The notes under the pieces: model-generated | Told to the model about the DNA's origin: nothing | What the model saw: only the letters and a program-made list of their open reading frames with translations | Database searches by the model: none | Assembly: GCA_030038655.1 (NCBI GenBank) | Contig: JASHSP010000113.1 | Coordinates: forward strand, 5,420-69,419 | DNA: 64,000 nucleotides | Direction: 5' to 3' | Source: Thermoplasmata archaeon | GTDB lineage: Archaea > Thermoplasmatota > Thermoplasmata > Lutacidiplasmatales > UBA184 | Shown: positions 10,401 to 17,945 of the stretch, piece by piece | How the letters are laid out: each line of letters begins with the position of its first letter | Numbering within the stretch: the first letter of the stretch is position 1 | Position numbers and translations under genes: made by a program

Positions 10401-12747
10401 TTCGTACGACGTTTCCATCGCCAACGTGACGGCAACGTACGGCGCGCTCGGGGTCTGGATCGACCCGTCCGCGTTCGTCTACGTCACCGGGACCGTCGTC
10501 AGCCAGGAGGCCGCCGGAGTCATGGCGGAGGACTCGACGGACCTCTGGATCAACGATACCAACGTCTTCGCCGACTCGTTGGGCGTTCTCGAGGAGGACG
10601 GCAGCGAAGCCCGGATCTCCAACACGAGCGCCTCCGATTTCTCGCTGGGGGTCGGCGTGGTCGGGTCGAACGCCAGCTGGGTCAACTCAACCGACGTTTC
10701 CGGCCTCGCGATCGGGGTCGGCATCGAGTTCAGCACGGGGATCCACGTGGACGGCGTCACCGCGACGGGGTCGGGCAGCCCCCCGTCGCCTTGGCTCTAC
10801 CAGTACGTCTGGGGGGTGCCGACGTCCGCCGTCGTGACCTACGAGACGTTCCAGAGCACTGTCTCCGACGTCGTGGCGAGCGGCTACCCGGCCGCGCTCT
10901 ACGACAACTCCTCGAGCGTGCTCGGGGTCCAGTCGGTCAACGCGTCCGGGGGCGACTTCGGGATCGTGTTGAACGGCACCACCGGCAGTGTTTTCGCCGG
11001 AATTCAGGCGTATCAGGACCAGGTCGGCCTCCAGATGAACTGGGCCGTCTACTTCGACTACGAGTACGAGGAGTACGTCTACGCGAACGCCTCCGACGAC
11101 GTCGTCACCGGTAGTTCGTTCGTCGACTGCGTCGGATTCGGTGTCGACATCACTCACGGCGTCGACAACACCGTCTACCTCAACGATTTCGTCGGCGACA
11201 ACGGCGCCACCTCGACCTACAGCGCGGCCCACATCCAGGCGTTCAGCAACTCCGCCTCGAACGAGTTCAACAGTTCGAACGAGGTCGGCAACTACTGGGC
11301 CGACTGGCATTCCTACACGGACGGCGTCCTGAACCCGTACTACCTTTCGAACGGGACGTGGGACTACCACCCTCTCGGTGCGATGGAAGGGGCGTTCTTC
11401 GTCACGTTCTACGCGTCGGGGCTGGCGTCCGGGACCTCCTGGTCGGTCACGCTCGGGAACACGACTCAGAGCTCGGTCGGATCCTGGATCACCTTCGTCG
11501 AGTACCCGGGCACCTACGGGTTCACGGTCGGGGCGGTGCCGGACTACGAGATCACCCCCGCCGCGGGATCCGTCGTGGTGTCGACCGGCCCCGTCGCGCA
11601 GACGATCGAGTTCGCGGCCACCTACCACGTGACCGTCAAGGAGACGGGGCTCGCCGCCTCGACTTCCTGGAGCGCGTTCTTCGGCGGCGTCGAGAAGTCG
11701 ACCTCGGGAACTTCGATCGCCTTCACCGAGACCGCGGGCACCTACTCGTTCCAGATCCCGGGCGTGGGGGACTACACGCCCACCCCGGCCAACGGAACCG
11801 TGACGGTGACGGGCAATTACACGCTCTGGATCGCGTTCTCGTCCCCGACCGTCTACACGGTCTGGGTCAACGAGACCGGGCTATCGGGCGACGTCACGTG
11901 GTCCGCGATCTTCAACGGGGTCGAGGAATCGACCGGCGGCACGTCGCTCGCCTTCTCGGTGCCGGCGGGGACGTACTCCTACCAGATCGGTTCGGTGGCG
12001 GGGTACGCCGCGTCGCCTTCGGCCGGTTCGGTCGGCGTGAGCGGCAACTTCCTCCTGCTCGTGACCTTCTCGTCGACCACGGGGCCGACGTACTCGGTCA
12101 CGATCTCGGAGTCCGGGCTGCCGGGCGATACCGAGTGGTCCGCGATCTTCAACGGGATCGAGGAGTCGACCAGCGGCACGTCCCTCGTGTTCACGGTGGC
12201 CGCCGGAACGTACAACTACCAGATCGTCGGGATCGCGGGCTACACGGTCTCGCCGTCCGGCGGCTCGGTCACCGTCGGCGGGAACTACGCGCTCGCGGTC
12301 GCGTTCTCGACGGTCAAGTACGCGGTCACGGTCTCGGAGACCGGGCTCGCGAGTGGCACCGTCTGGTCGGCGACCGTGAACGGCGTAACGCAGACCTCGT
12401 CGGGGACCGAGATCACGTTCTACGAGCCGAACGGCACCTGGTCCTTCTCGGTCGCGAGCGTGAGCGGCTACTCGCTCACGGGCGGGTCGGGGTCGATCCC
12501 CGTGTCCGGGTCGTCCGCGGGAACGTCGGTCGCGTTCACCCCGTCGAGCTCGCCGTCGTACGTCGGAACGTCCACGTACAACACGGGCTTCGACATCGCT
12601 CTCGCCCTGGCGGTCGTCGCCCTGCTGGTCGCGCTGTTCGCGCTCCTGCGTCGCCCGCGCGCTCCGCCTCCGCCTCCGGCCGCCCAGTGGCAGGAGCCCG
12701 AGGCGGGCGCAGGCGAGGAAACGTCGTCTACGACGGGTACCCATTAG
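7471..12747 (+). CDS. large thermopsin (peptidase A5)-family surface protein with beta-helix region, five ETGL-type repeats and C-terminal TM anchor
   Basis: Signal peptide; PAPMGIADFG, GVQLNTVL, FWTQNV, FIDNVWN, DAELVFGGPGGGS, DTGET thermopsin motifs; NosD-like GNYWADW; C-terminal TM followed by RRPR. Confidence 0.8.
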   Translation: MTGLRSVRNRVWLLPIVLVVCALMLSPAGGLLAARSASSATLAASLSAAASTGGTGSMHLPSLLHSSLPSSPAGPAIAPTLLADASGFNGGLSASPSPPLGARSGGSNAPSGVPAVATDVASSTPGWVASVDQSIADGQVPASAAYLPSLSLLNEHVSTPSQAVSPIVTVSPAPMGIADFGLSANGPYSVYTQGVAGGIQLSGYNATAGTTYETTGAYYWDGLSPNAVVTPWQSGVQLNTVLNNVSYPGSDIGAFWTQNVLDFSGSTLQFIDNVWNLSSPGAAMEYGTIYSGNGVLVPGELYYDYGPTLPLSFPLTINLYNNASIIDGRSALTFGYRVVEGATVYTGVYDTVVFNSQPTVVDPLLTPDYLISGFNLAPDNFLLDDAELVFGGPGGGSNAEISSMSGDLSLAFLNGSAWEPAPSAYDYGTDTGETAIGMAATWSGTNESVSQGPSILYGLWNTTYSVPSGQVPFVGHLDPSYGFAFIGLYGTNTTNLSYAPSAANGTVLTWLPPSIVFNLTVFADGFSELNATFEGAVNAEIDLVSSPGTWNAPLYMNGDVQAAALALDTLGESSAPYEFYNLNVSVNQTFNHVNDYYYPTFDLLWAYGLTTPLAVDNISQGGDAPNGDTYYAPDYNGSGENLPYFGDEIAVWSSPSPFFENLFLPGYLLPAGTDGGGAIALWNDSDAFGYNLTSVDDTFGLWASDSPFTAEVDSVAYLGAVALTLMASAYAFTYNLSAFGFAADVLDEGGLYGDLDQLNATGFSDGVVTYGTNDTGIYQLNATEESVAADLEFGSGLYVYAVNASFESVGVEGLGLNLSSVYDVAIGTSEFDPGVVLEESNNSVVQNVYGNSSEGYGVLLLGDGISTVTNVTAVNDSAGVIVEDSYGPVGVDQVVANDSVGVAIGFNAVLATVTDVNATNGSIGVESYESFDVEVREVSASGFAAQSNIGVDVLVSEAVDVSYVSAEGGSIGVDVSSSYDVSIANVTATYGALGVWIDPSAFVYVTGTVVSQEAAGVMAEDSTDLWINDTNVFADSLGVLEEDGSEARISNTSASDFSLGVGVVGSNASWVNSTDVSGLAIGVGIEFSTGIHVDGVTATGSGSPPSPWLYQYVWGVPTSAVVTYETFQSTVSDVVASGYPAALYDNSSSVLGVQSVNASGGDFGIVLNGTTGSVFAGIQAYQDQVGLQMNWAVYFDYEYEEYVYANASDDVVTGSSFVDCVGFGVDITHGVDNTVYLNDFVGDNGATSTYSAAHIQAFSNSASNEFNSSNEVGNYWADWHSYTDGVLNPYYLSNGTWDYHPLGAMEGAFFVTFYASGLASGTSWSVTLGNTTQSSVGSWITFVEYPGTYGFTVGAVPDYEITPAAGSVVVSTGPVAQTIEFAATYHVTVKETGLAASTSWSAFFGGVEKSTSGTSIAFTETAGTYSFQIPGVGDYTPTPANGTVTVTGNYTLWIAFSSPTVYTVWVNETGLSGDVTWSAIFNGVEESTGGTSLAFSVPAGTYSYQIGSVAGYAASPSAGSVGVSGNFLLLVTFSSTTGPTYSVTISESGLPGDTEWSAIFNGIEESTSGTSLVFTVAAGTYNYQIVGIAGYTVSPSGGSVTVGGNYALAVAFSTVKYAVTVSETGLASGTVWSATVNGVTQTSSGTEITFYEPNGTWSFSVASVSGYSLTGGSGSIPVSGSSAGTSVAFTPSSSPSYVGTSTYNTGFDIALALAVVALLVALFALLRRPRAPPPPPAAQWQEPEAGAGEETSSTTGTH

Positions 12748-12772
12748 ATCCTCGACAGAACCCCTTCTCGCA

Positions 12773-12797
12773 CCCCGGGTCCGCGAGGACCCGGGGG
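12773..12797 (+). terminator. GC hairpin downstream of thermopsin
   Basis: CCCCGGGTCC-GCGA-GGACCCGGGG inverted repeat. Confidence 0.5.
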
Positions 12798-13008
12798 CGG
12801 TCGTTCTTCTGGCATCCTCGTACAGGTCGCGCCACAGTTCTCTCCGGCAGCGACCGACGCCTTAGGTCTCTCGGTCCCGCCCGGGAAGAACGCGGAGGCC
12901 CCCGGGGGCGGGTACGGCTCGCGTTGTTCCCTCCCTCCCAGCGCCTTCCCTTCCCCCCGTTACAAGTTATAGTGGGAAACCGTGCCGGCACCGACACCGT
13001 AAGCGAGG

Positions 13009-14202
13009 ATGGTCGCCCGAACCCGCCCCCCCACGTTTCGAGTCCTGGCCGCCTGGGAGCCTTCGTCGCCGCCGCATCGTCCCGCTCCCAGGCCGACCTC
13101 CGCGGCTCTCCCCCGAGTGGTCCTGTCGACCGGCCCCGTGACCCGTCTGACGCTGCGCATGGAACCGACCGCCCTCACTCTCTACCGGAAGGACGGATCC
13201 CTGTCGCTGCCCGGGCTCGAGTTCTCCGCCGCGATCGCGCTCCCTCCGATGGACCTCGCGCCACCTCCGGCGCCGCCTCCGGCCCCCGCGGAGACCTCTC
13301 GCGGGCCGATCGTACTCGAGCCACCCGACGCGCCGCCGCATCCTACTGAGTCCACTGGCTCTCGCGCCGAGGTGCCGGTCCTCGAGAGTGCCATCCCGGA
13401 CACAACGCCAGAGTATCTCGAACCGCTGACCGTCATGGCGGACGAGCCTCCGCCGGAAAGTCCGGCGCCGGAGAAGCAGGCGGGTTCGCCGCTCGTCGCG
13501 GCGGAGCTTCCGGCACCGCCCTCGGCGCCGCCCGACGCCGGGGGCCCTCCGACGATCCCGACGCCGGGACTTTACGACCTACCGGCCCTCCTTGCGCGAA
13601 TCCTCTCCGTCTCGGCCGGCCTGCGCGCCGCGGGCGAGATGCGACTCGGGGTGCGGGAGGCTCCGTCCGCAGCGCCTCCGTCACCTTCCGCGGCTCCCGG
13701 GCCGGAGCTCGCGACCTCGGTCGGGGCGTCGAATCCGGCGCCCGTTCCTCCCGAGGCACCGGCCACGGAAGAGTCGCCGGCCCCTCCCGCACCGATACTG
13801 GCCGCGCTTCCGGTCTTCCAGTGGCGGGACTGGCACCGTCCGGCGTCCCATGCCCACGACGAGTCCCGCGCCGAACCGGCTCCTCAGGCGGAGGTCGTGA
13901 GCTATTCCCGCTCGACGGCCCGCAGGGAACCTACCGTGCCGGCGACGACCCCGTATCCCCCGGCCGCGAGCACGTGTCGGTGCCCCCAATGCTATCGCGC
14001 GGATCCCCCTCCGCCGCTCCGGGGGGTCCTCGCCCGTCGACGGCACCTGCGATTCGAGTACTCGTCGGCGATCTCGAAACCCCATCCGCCGCCGGAGGAA
14101 TCCGACGAGCCCGGCGGCCTGGTCCCGCTGGCACGGCCGGCGCGGTACCGGTGGCGAATGTACCGGGACCGTCTGGAGGCCGATTCGAAAGACGACGGCT
14201 GA
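13009..14202 (+). CDS. Pro/Ala-rich hypothetical protein
   Basis: 397-aa ORF preceded by TATA-like TTATA at ~12968; mostly low complexity, CxCxxC near C-terminus. Confidence 0.4.
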   Translation: MVARTRPPTFRVLAAWEPSSPPHRPAPRPTSAALPRVVLSTGPVTRLTLRMEPTALTLYRKDGSLSLPGLEFSAAIALPPMDLAPPPAPPPAPAETSRGPIVLEPPDAPPHPTESTGSRAEVPVLESAIPDTTPEYLEPLTVMADEPPPESPAPEKQAGSPLVAAELPAPPSAPPDAGGPPTIPTPGLYDLPALLARILSVSAGLRAAGEMRLGVREAPSAAPPSPSAAPGPELATSVGASNPAPVPPEAPATEESPAPPAPILAALPVFQWRDWHRPASHAHDESRAEPAPQAEVVSYSRSTARREPTVPATTPYPPAASTCRCPQCYRADPPPPLRGVLARRRHLRFEYSSAISKPHPPPEESDEPGGLVPLARPARYRWRMYRDRLEADSKDDG

Positions 14203-14525
14203 CGCTTCCTGCGGCCCATCACCGCGACGGTCCGCGGGAACCACATCCGCCGGCCGACGGATCCAGTGCGTATCTCATGGAGCGTGGCGGTCGCTCGGAC
14301 GTAGTCTCCCCCGCGGGGCCCCGACCACGTTCGCGGGCCGACGTCGGCGAGAAAGCGGTGGAGCGTCGCCGCTTCCCTTCGACTGCACCCGTCCGACGGT
14401 TCACGAAGGATCCCGGCGGCGACGTGTTCCCGACAGAGCGACCCGCCGTCGTCCGTCGCGCCGTTCGACCTCGTGGGGGTTAAATACCCCCTCCGCGCTC
14501 GACCTTCCCCCCGGGGGTCCGATTG

Positions 14526-15092
14526 ATGAAGCGGAACACGACCGCGCGCGGGACGTTCTATCTCGTCTTGGCGATCGCCACGTTCGCCGTGGTCGCGGGG
14601 TTCGCCCTCGGTTCTTTCACGTTCGGGAGCTTCGGTTTCATTCCCAAGCAGACGGGCGCCTCCGGCGTCGCCCCGGGTGCGCCGGCGGGAGTCCAGTTCC
14701 CCCTCGCGGAGGCGACGTTCGTGACGCCGAGCTCGACTCCGGCGACGGGGGCTTGCACCACCACCAACCTCGGCACGAACCTCACGCCCAATCACCTCAC
14801 GAGCGGCGCGGCCGTCGGGATCTGCCTCAACGCGTTCTCGGGGGGCTACCTGACCGGCGACACGATGTGGATCCTGGAGGTGCTGTGGAACACGAGCGCG
14901 ACCGTCTCGACGCTGTTCAACGTGAGCATCTTCGAGTCGACCACCCCGGCCACGGACAGCATCCTCGCGACCGCCTGGGTCGAGACCTCGGCTACGATCA
15001 CGGCCAACGAGACCGCGATTTTCGCGGTCGACCTGAGCCAGAGCACGATCTCCTCGGTCAACACGTTCAACGTGCTCGTCACCGAGGTCTGA
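14526..15092 (+). CDS. secreted Thr-rich beta-protein, possible filament subunit
   Basis: Basic N-terminus, hydrophobic stretch, then GFALGSFT; one Cys pair; several NxS/T sequons; TATA TTAAATA at ~14480. Confidence 0.7.
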   Translation: MKRNTTARGTFYLVLAIATFAVVAGFALGSFTFGSFGFIPKQTGASGVAPGAPAGVQFPLAEATFVTPSSTPATGACTTTNLGTNLTPNHLTSGAAVGICLNAFSGGYLTGDTMWILEVLWNTSATVSTLFNVSIFESTTPATDSILATAWVETSATITANETAIFAVDLSQSTISSVNTFNVLVTEV

Positions 15093-15145
15093 GCCCGTCG
15101 GGGGTGCCCGCCGCCGTGCGGGGGGGTGAAGCGCGAGCGTCCGGG

Positions 15146-15874
15146 TCAACCCGACTTGCGCTGTGGACGGCCCGCCGAGCCCTTCCGAGATCGTGTCTCG
15201 GCCGCCACCTGTTCGTTGGCCTTCACGATCCGCGTTAGCTTCTCCGCGAATCGGGCGAGGTGGTCGCCCCGGATTCCGACGACCATCGTGTCGGCCCCCA
15301 GGTCCGTGTAGATCCGGGAGCCCGTGCACCCGAGCGAGATCGCCACCGGGGCACCCTGGTTCATGATCGGCACGATCGCGCACATCGGCCGCCCGTTCAT
15401 CGGAACCGGCTTCGCGTCGGTGCCGGCGCCCGCGGCCTCGACCGCCAGCATCGCCCCCTTCGGCCTCGCGAACAAGAGGACCGCGGTCGGGGGCATGCTC
15501 AGCGAGCCAAGCGGTCCGTAGGCGACGAACTTCGGCGCGGCGGCGTTGTGCGGGACGCGGGCTTCCTCGCCGGGATTGAGGTACCCCTCCTTCTGCATCG
15601 TGCCGAGCGTCGACATCAGCCGGCCCCCCAGCTCGCCCTCGGGAGGTATTCCCAGAACGAACGCGCCGATCTCGCACGCCGCGTGCTCCGTCAGGGGGGC
15701 GTAGAACGGCTTCTCGGTGCCGAACGCAAAGAAGGTGCAGACGGAGGGTACCCCTCCGGGGTGCTGCGGGACGCCGCTCGGGGGCTGGTCCAGGTAGGAT
15801 AGCTGGACGGGGGGACGGTCAAGTTCGAGCTGTCGGGCGAGCTGGATCGCTATCGTCCGGGACTCCGTCGTCAT
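15146..15874 (-). CDS. DUF169-family protein
   Basis: ATG at 15874 (MTTESRTIA); spaced Cys motifs SVC, AAC, PMC and SLGCTGSR. Confidence 0.7.
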   Translation of the reverse strand: MTTESRTIAIQLARQLELDRPPVQLSYLDQPPSGVPQHPGGVPSVCTFFAFGTEKPFYAPLTEHAACEIGAFVLGIPPEGELGGRLMSTLGTMQKEGYLNPGEEARVPHNAAAPKFVAYGPLGSLSMPPTAVLLFARPKGAMLAVEAAGAGTDAKPVPMNGRPMCAIVPIMNQGAPVAISLGCTGSRIYTDLGADTMVVGIRGDHLARFAEKLTRIVKANEQVAAETRSRKGSAGRPQRKSG

Positions 15875-15975
15875 GGTGCGGCCCCACGTGGCAGGGAGGG
15901 TGCGGTATAGAGGGTTTGCCGGTCGAGGACGGTGTACGCCCGGGCCGGGCCCGATGCCCGAGGGTTGCCGCCGGC

Positions 15976-16515
15976 TCAAGCCGAGGGCAGCAGCAGCGGG
16001 TCGCCGCAGCCGGACGACTGCTCGGTTCCCGTGATCGTGACGACGATCACCGTCGAAGCGCCCCGGCATGCGTTCCCGGCGGTCGGAGAGAGCCCGATCA
16101 CGCCCTGGTAGGAGAACGTTCCGCCGGAAGCGAGCTCGCGGGGGGGAGAATTGGGAAGGTTGTCGGTGTAGGTGAACAAGGGGCACGCGTGCGGCTGGCC
16201 GATGCTGATGGACTGGGAAAGGGTCACGGCCACGCTTCCGACGTTCGCCAGGACGGCGTTGATCGTGCACGAGGTCCCGGGAGCAAGGACGTCGGCCGTC
16301 GCGGTGAGCGTGGACGTCGTGAGGCTCAACTGGCAGTGCACGTACGCGGCGTTCCCGACCGTGCTCGAGGGGTTCTTCCACTCGATCTGAAGGGTCGGGC
16401 ACTTCGAGTCGTCATGCCCCTGGTTGCACCCGGACCCCCCACCCCCGCCGCAGGCGAACGCCACCCCACCGGAAGCGGCAATGACGACGACCACCAGGGC
16501 CAGCAACTGTTTCAC
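15976..16515 (-). CDS. TasA/CalY-like subunit 3 (atypical Cys/Gly-rich N-terminus)
   Basis: Signal peptide ending GVAFA; VLAPGTSC...LANVGSV and AGNACRG core shared with the two neighbouring paralogs. Confidence 0.7.
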   Translation of the reverse strand: MKQLLALVVVVIAASGGVAFACGGGGGSGCNQGHDDSKCPTLQIEWKNPSSTVGNAAYVHCQLSLTTSTLTATADVLAPGTSCTINAVLANVGSVAVTLSQSISIGQPHACPLFTYTDNLPNSPPRELASGGTFSYQGVIGLSPTAGNACRGASTVIVVTITGTEQSSGCGDPLLLPSA

Positions 16516-16641
16516 ACGATCATCCTCTCACAGTCCGGAAGACGCTCCGTACGCGAACGAGCCCCACGCCGGGCGAATGGTGGGTCGGGGCCCCCGTACC
16601 GTCCGCGCCGGCCCCTCGGTGCTCGCTGCCTGCGGACAGGC

Positions 16642-17202
16642 CTACGTCCCGGCCGACCCGGTCAGCGTCACCACGAAGGTGCAGTTCTCGCCCGCGCCCA
16701 GGTTGCTCGCGCTCGGCAGCAAATGGATGAACCCGGCCCACTGAATCGATCCCGTCGCCGGCACGACGTGCGTCTCGGCGCTCGTTTGGCCGCCCTCGCC
16801 GATCGTGACCGCCGGAGAGAAGAAATTGTCCCCGAACACCAGCACGCCACAGAGAGCACCCGACACGCTCGTGACCTGTTCCGAGACGGTCGCCGGGATC
16901 GACCCGAGGTTCGTGAGGGTGTCCCCGTAGCTGCAAATGTCGCCGGGAAGCAGGGTGTCGGCGGTCAGATAGAGGGTGTCGTCCGGCAAGTGGGTCGCCG
17001 GCCCGAGCGATGCGAAACAGACGTCGTTCGGCTCGAATCCGCCGTAGGCCGGGTCCGGGCCCCATACAAGGGGTCCCAGGGTCCCGGCCCGGGCGCCGCC
17101 GTCGACGTACGCCGCAGTCGTGAAGGCGGCGAAGCCGGTGCCGACGGTGGCCAGCACGGCCACCACGACCAACCCGGTCGTCGCCGCCTTCGTTAGGCGC
17201 AT
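16642..17202 (-). CDS. TasA/CalY-like subunit 2 with SipW-type signal peptide
   Basis: GTGFA-AFTTAAYVDGGARAGTL; LLPGDIC...LTNLGSIP; C-terminal GSAGT; RBS GGTGAGG. Confidence 0.8.
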   Translation of the reverse strand: MRLTKAATTGLVVVAVLATVGTGFAAFTTAAYVDGGARAGTLGPLVWGPDPAYGGFEPNDVCFASLGPATHLPDDTLYLTADTLLPGDICSYGDTLTNLGSIPATVSEQVTSVSGALCGVLVFGDNFFSPAVTIGEGGQTSAETHVVPATGSIQWAGFIHLLPSASNLGAGENCTFVVTLTGSAGT

Positions 17203-17259
17203 GGTACCCTCACCGGCCGTTGGGCTCGCTGGGTCCGATCCGGTTCCTAACCGATCCGT

Positions 17260-17799
17260 TCAGGTCCCCGCGGATGCGGAGAACGTCAGGACGATGTTGC
17301 AGAATACACCCTGGTCGGCGTTCCCGAGACCGCCGCCGAGGCTCTCGGTGACCGTGTACTGCTGGTACGAGTAGCCGCCGATGGTCACGTACCCGTGCGT
17401 GACGCCGTACGACTCGTAGCCGAACCAGCTGTCGTAGGTGTACGTCACGTAGCATCCGGCCCCGCTGTCCTTCGTCGACGTGATCTCGACCGCGGCCGGG
17501 ATGGACCCTCCGTTGTTGAGGTCCGCGCTGAACGTGCACGAGTCACCCGGGGCGAGGTTGCCCGCGGTGAAGTTCAGCGTGTCGCTCGTGTTCAACGTCG
17601 TCGTGATGAAGTTCGTGCAGACGTCGAAGCTCTCGGTGCCCACGGGTGTGGCCGTGTTGCTCCAATAGAGCGGCCCGAGCGTTCCCGCCTGCGCTTGGGC
17701 GTCGATGTACGCACTCGTCGTAAAGCTCGCAAACCCGATCCCGCCGACCGCGATCGCAGCGACCACGGCGACAAGACCCAACATCCACCGCTTTCCCAT
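17260..17799 (-). CDS. TasA/CalY-like subunit 1 (probable major subunit) with SipW-type signal peptide
   Basis: GIGFA-SFTTSAYIDAQAQAGTL; NLAPGDSC...LNNGGSIP; GNADQG...LTFSA, matching TasA/camelysin (Peptidase_M73) motifs. Confidence 0.8.
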   Translation of the reverse strand: MGKRWMLGLVAVVAAIAVGGIGFASFTTSAYIDAQAQAGTLGPLYWSNTATPVGTESFDVCTNFITTTLNTSDTLNFTAGNLAPGDSCTFSADLNNGGSIPAAVEITSTKDSGAGCYVTYTYDSWFGYESYGVTHGYVTIGGYSYQQYTVTESLGGGLGNADQGVFCNIVLTFSASAGT

Positions 17800-17811
17800 A
17801 CTGCCCAACAC

Positions 17812-17915
17812 TCCGGGTACCAGTACCCGAGCAGGAAAGGGGTTGGGGAGTTATACGGCAACAGAAGATGTTTCGAATGTTCTCAGTACCATTCGCTGGA
17901 ATTGTACATACGAAA
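17812..17915 (-). promoter_or_regulatory. AT-rich internal promoter region of the TasA-like genes
   Basis: Locally AT-rich; TATAAC at ~17850-17855 on the minus strand; palindrome CGGGTAC-CA-GTACCCG at 17814-17829. Confidence 0.45.
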
Positions 17916-17945
17916 CGCCTCGCGAGCGTCGCCGCGCCACTGCGG

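Noticed and set aside
15976..17799. Type IV pilins or archaellins
   Set aside because: The conserved junction follows the hydrophobic stretch (SipW type) rather than preceding it; no PibD, ATPase or TadC genes nearby
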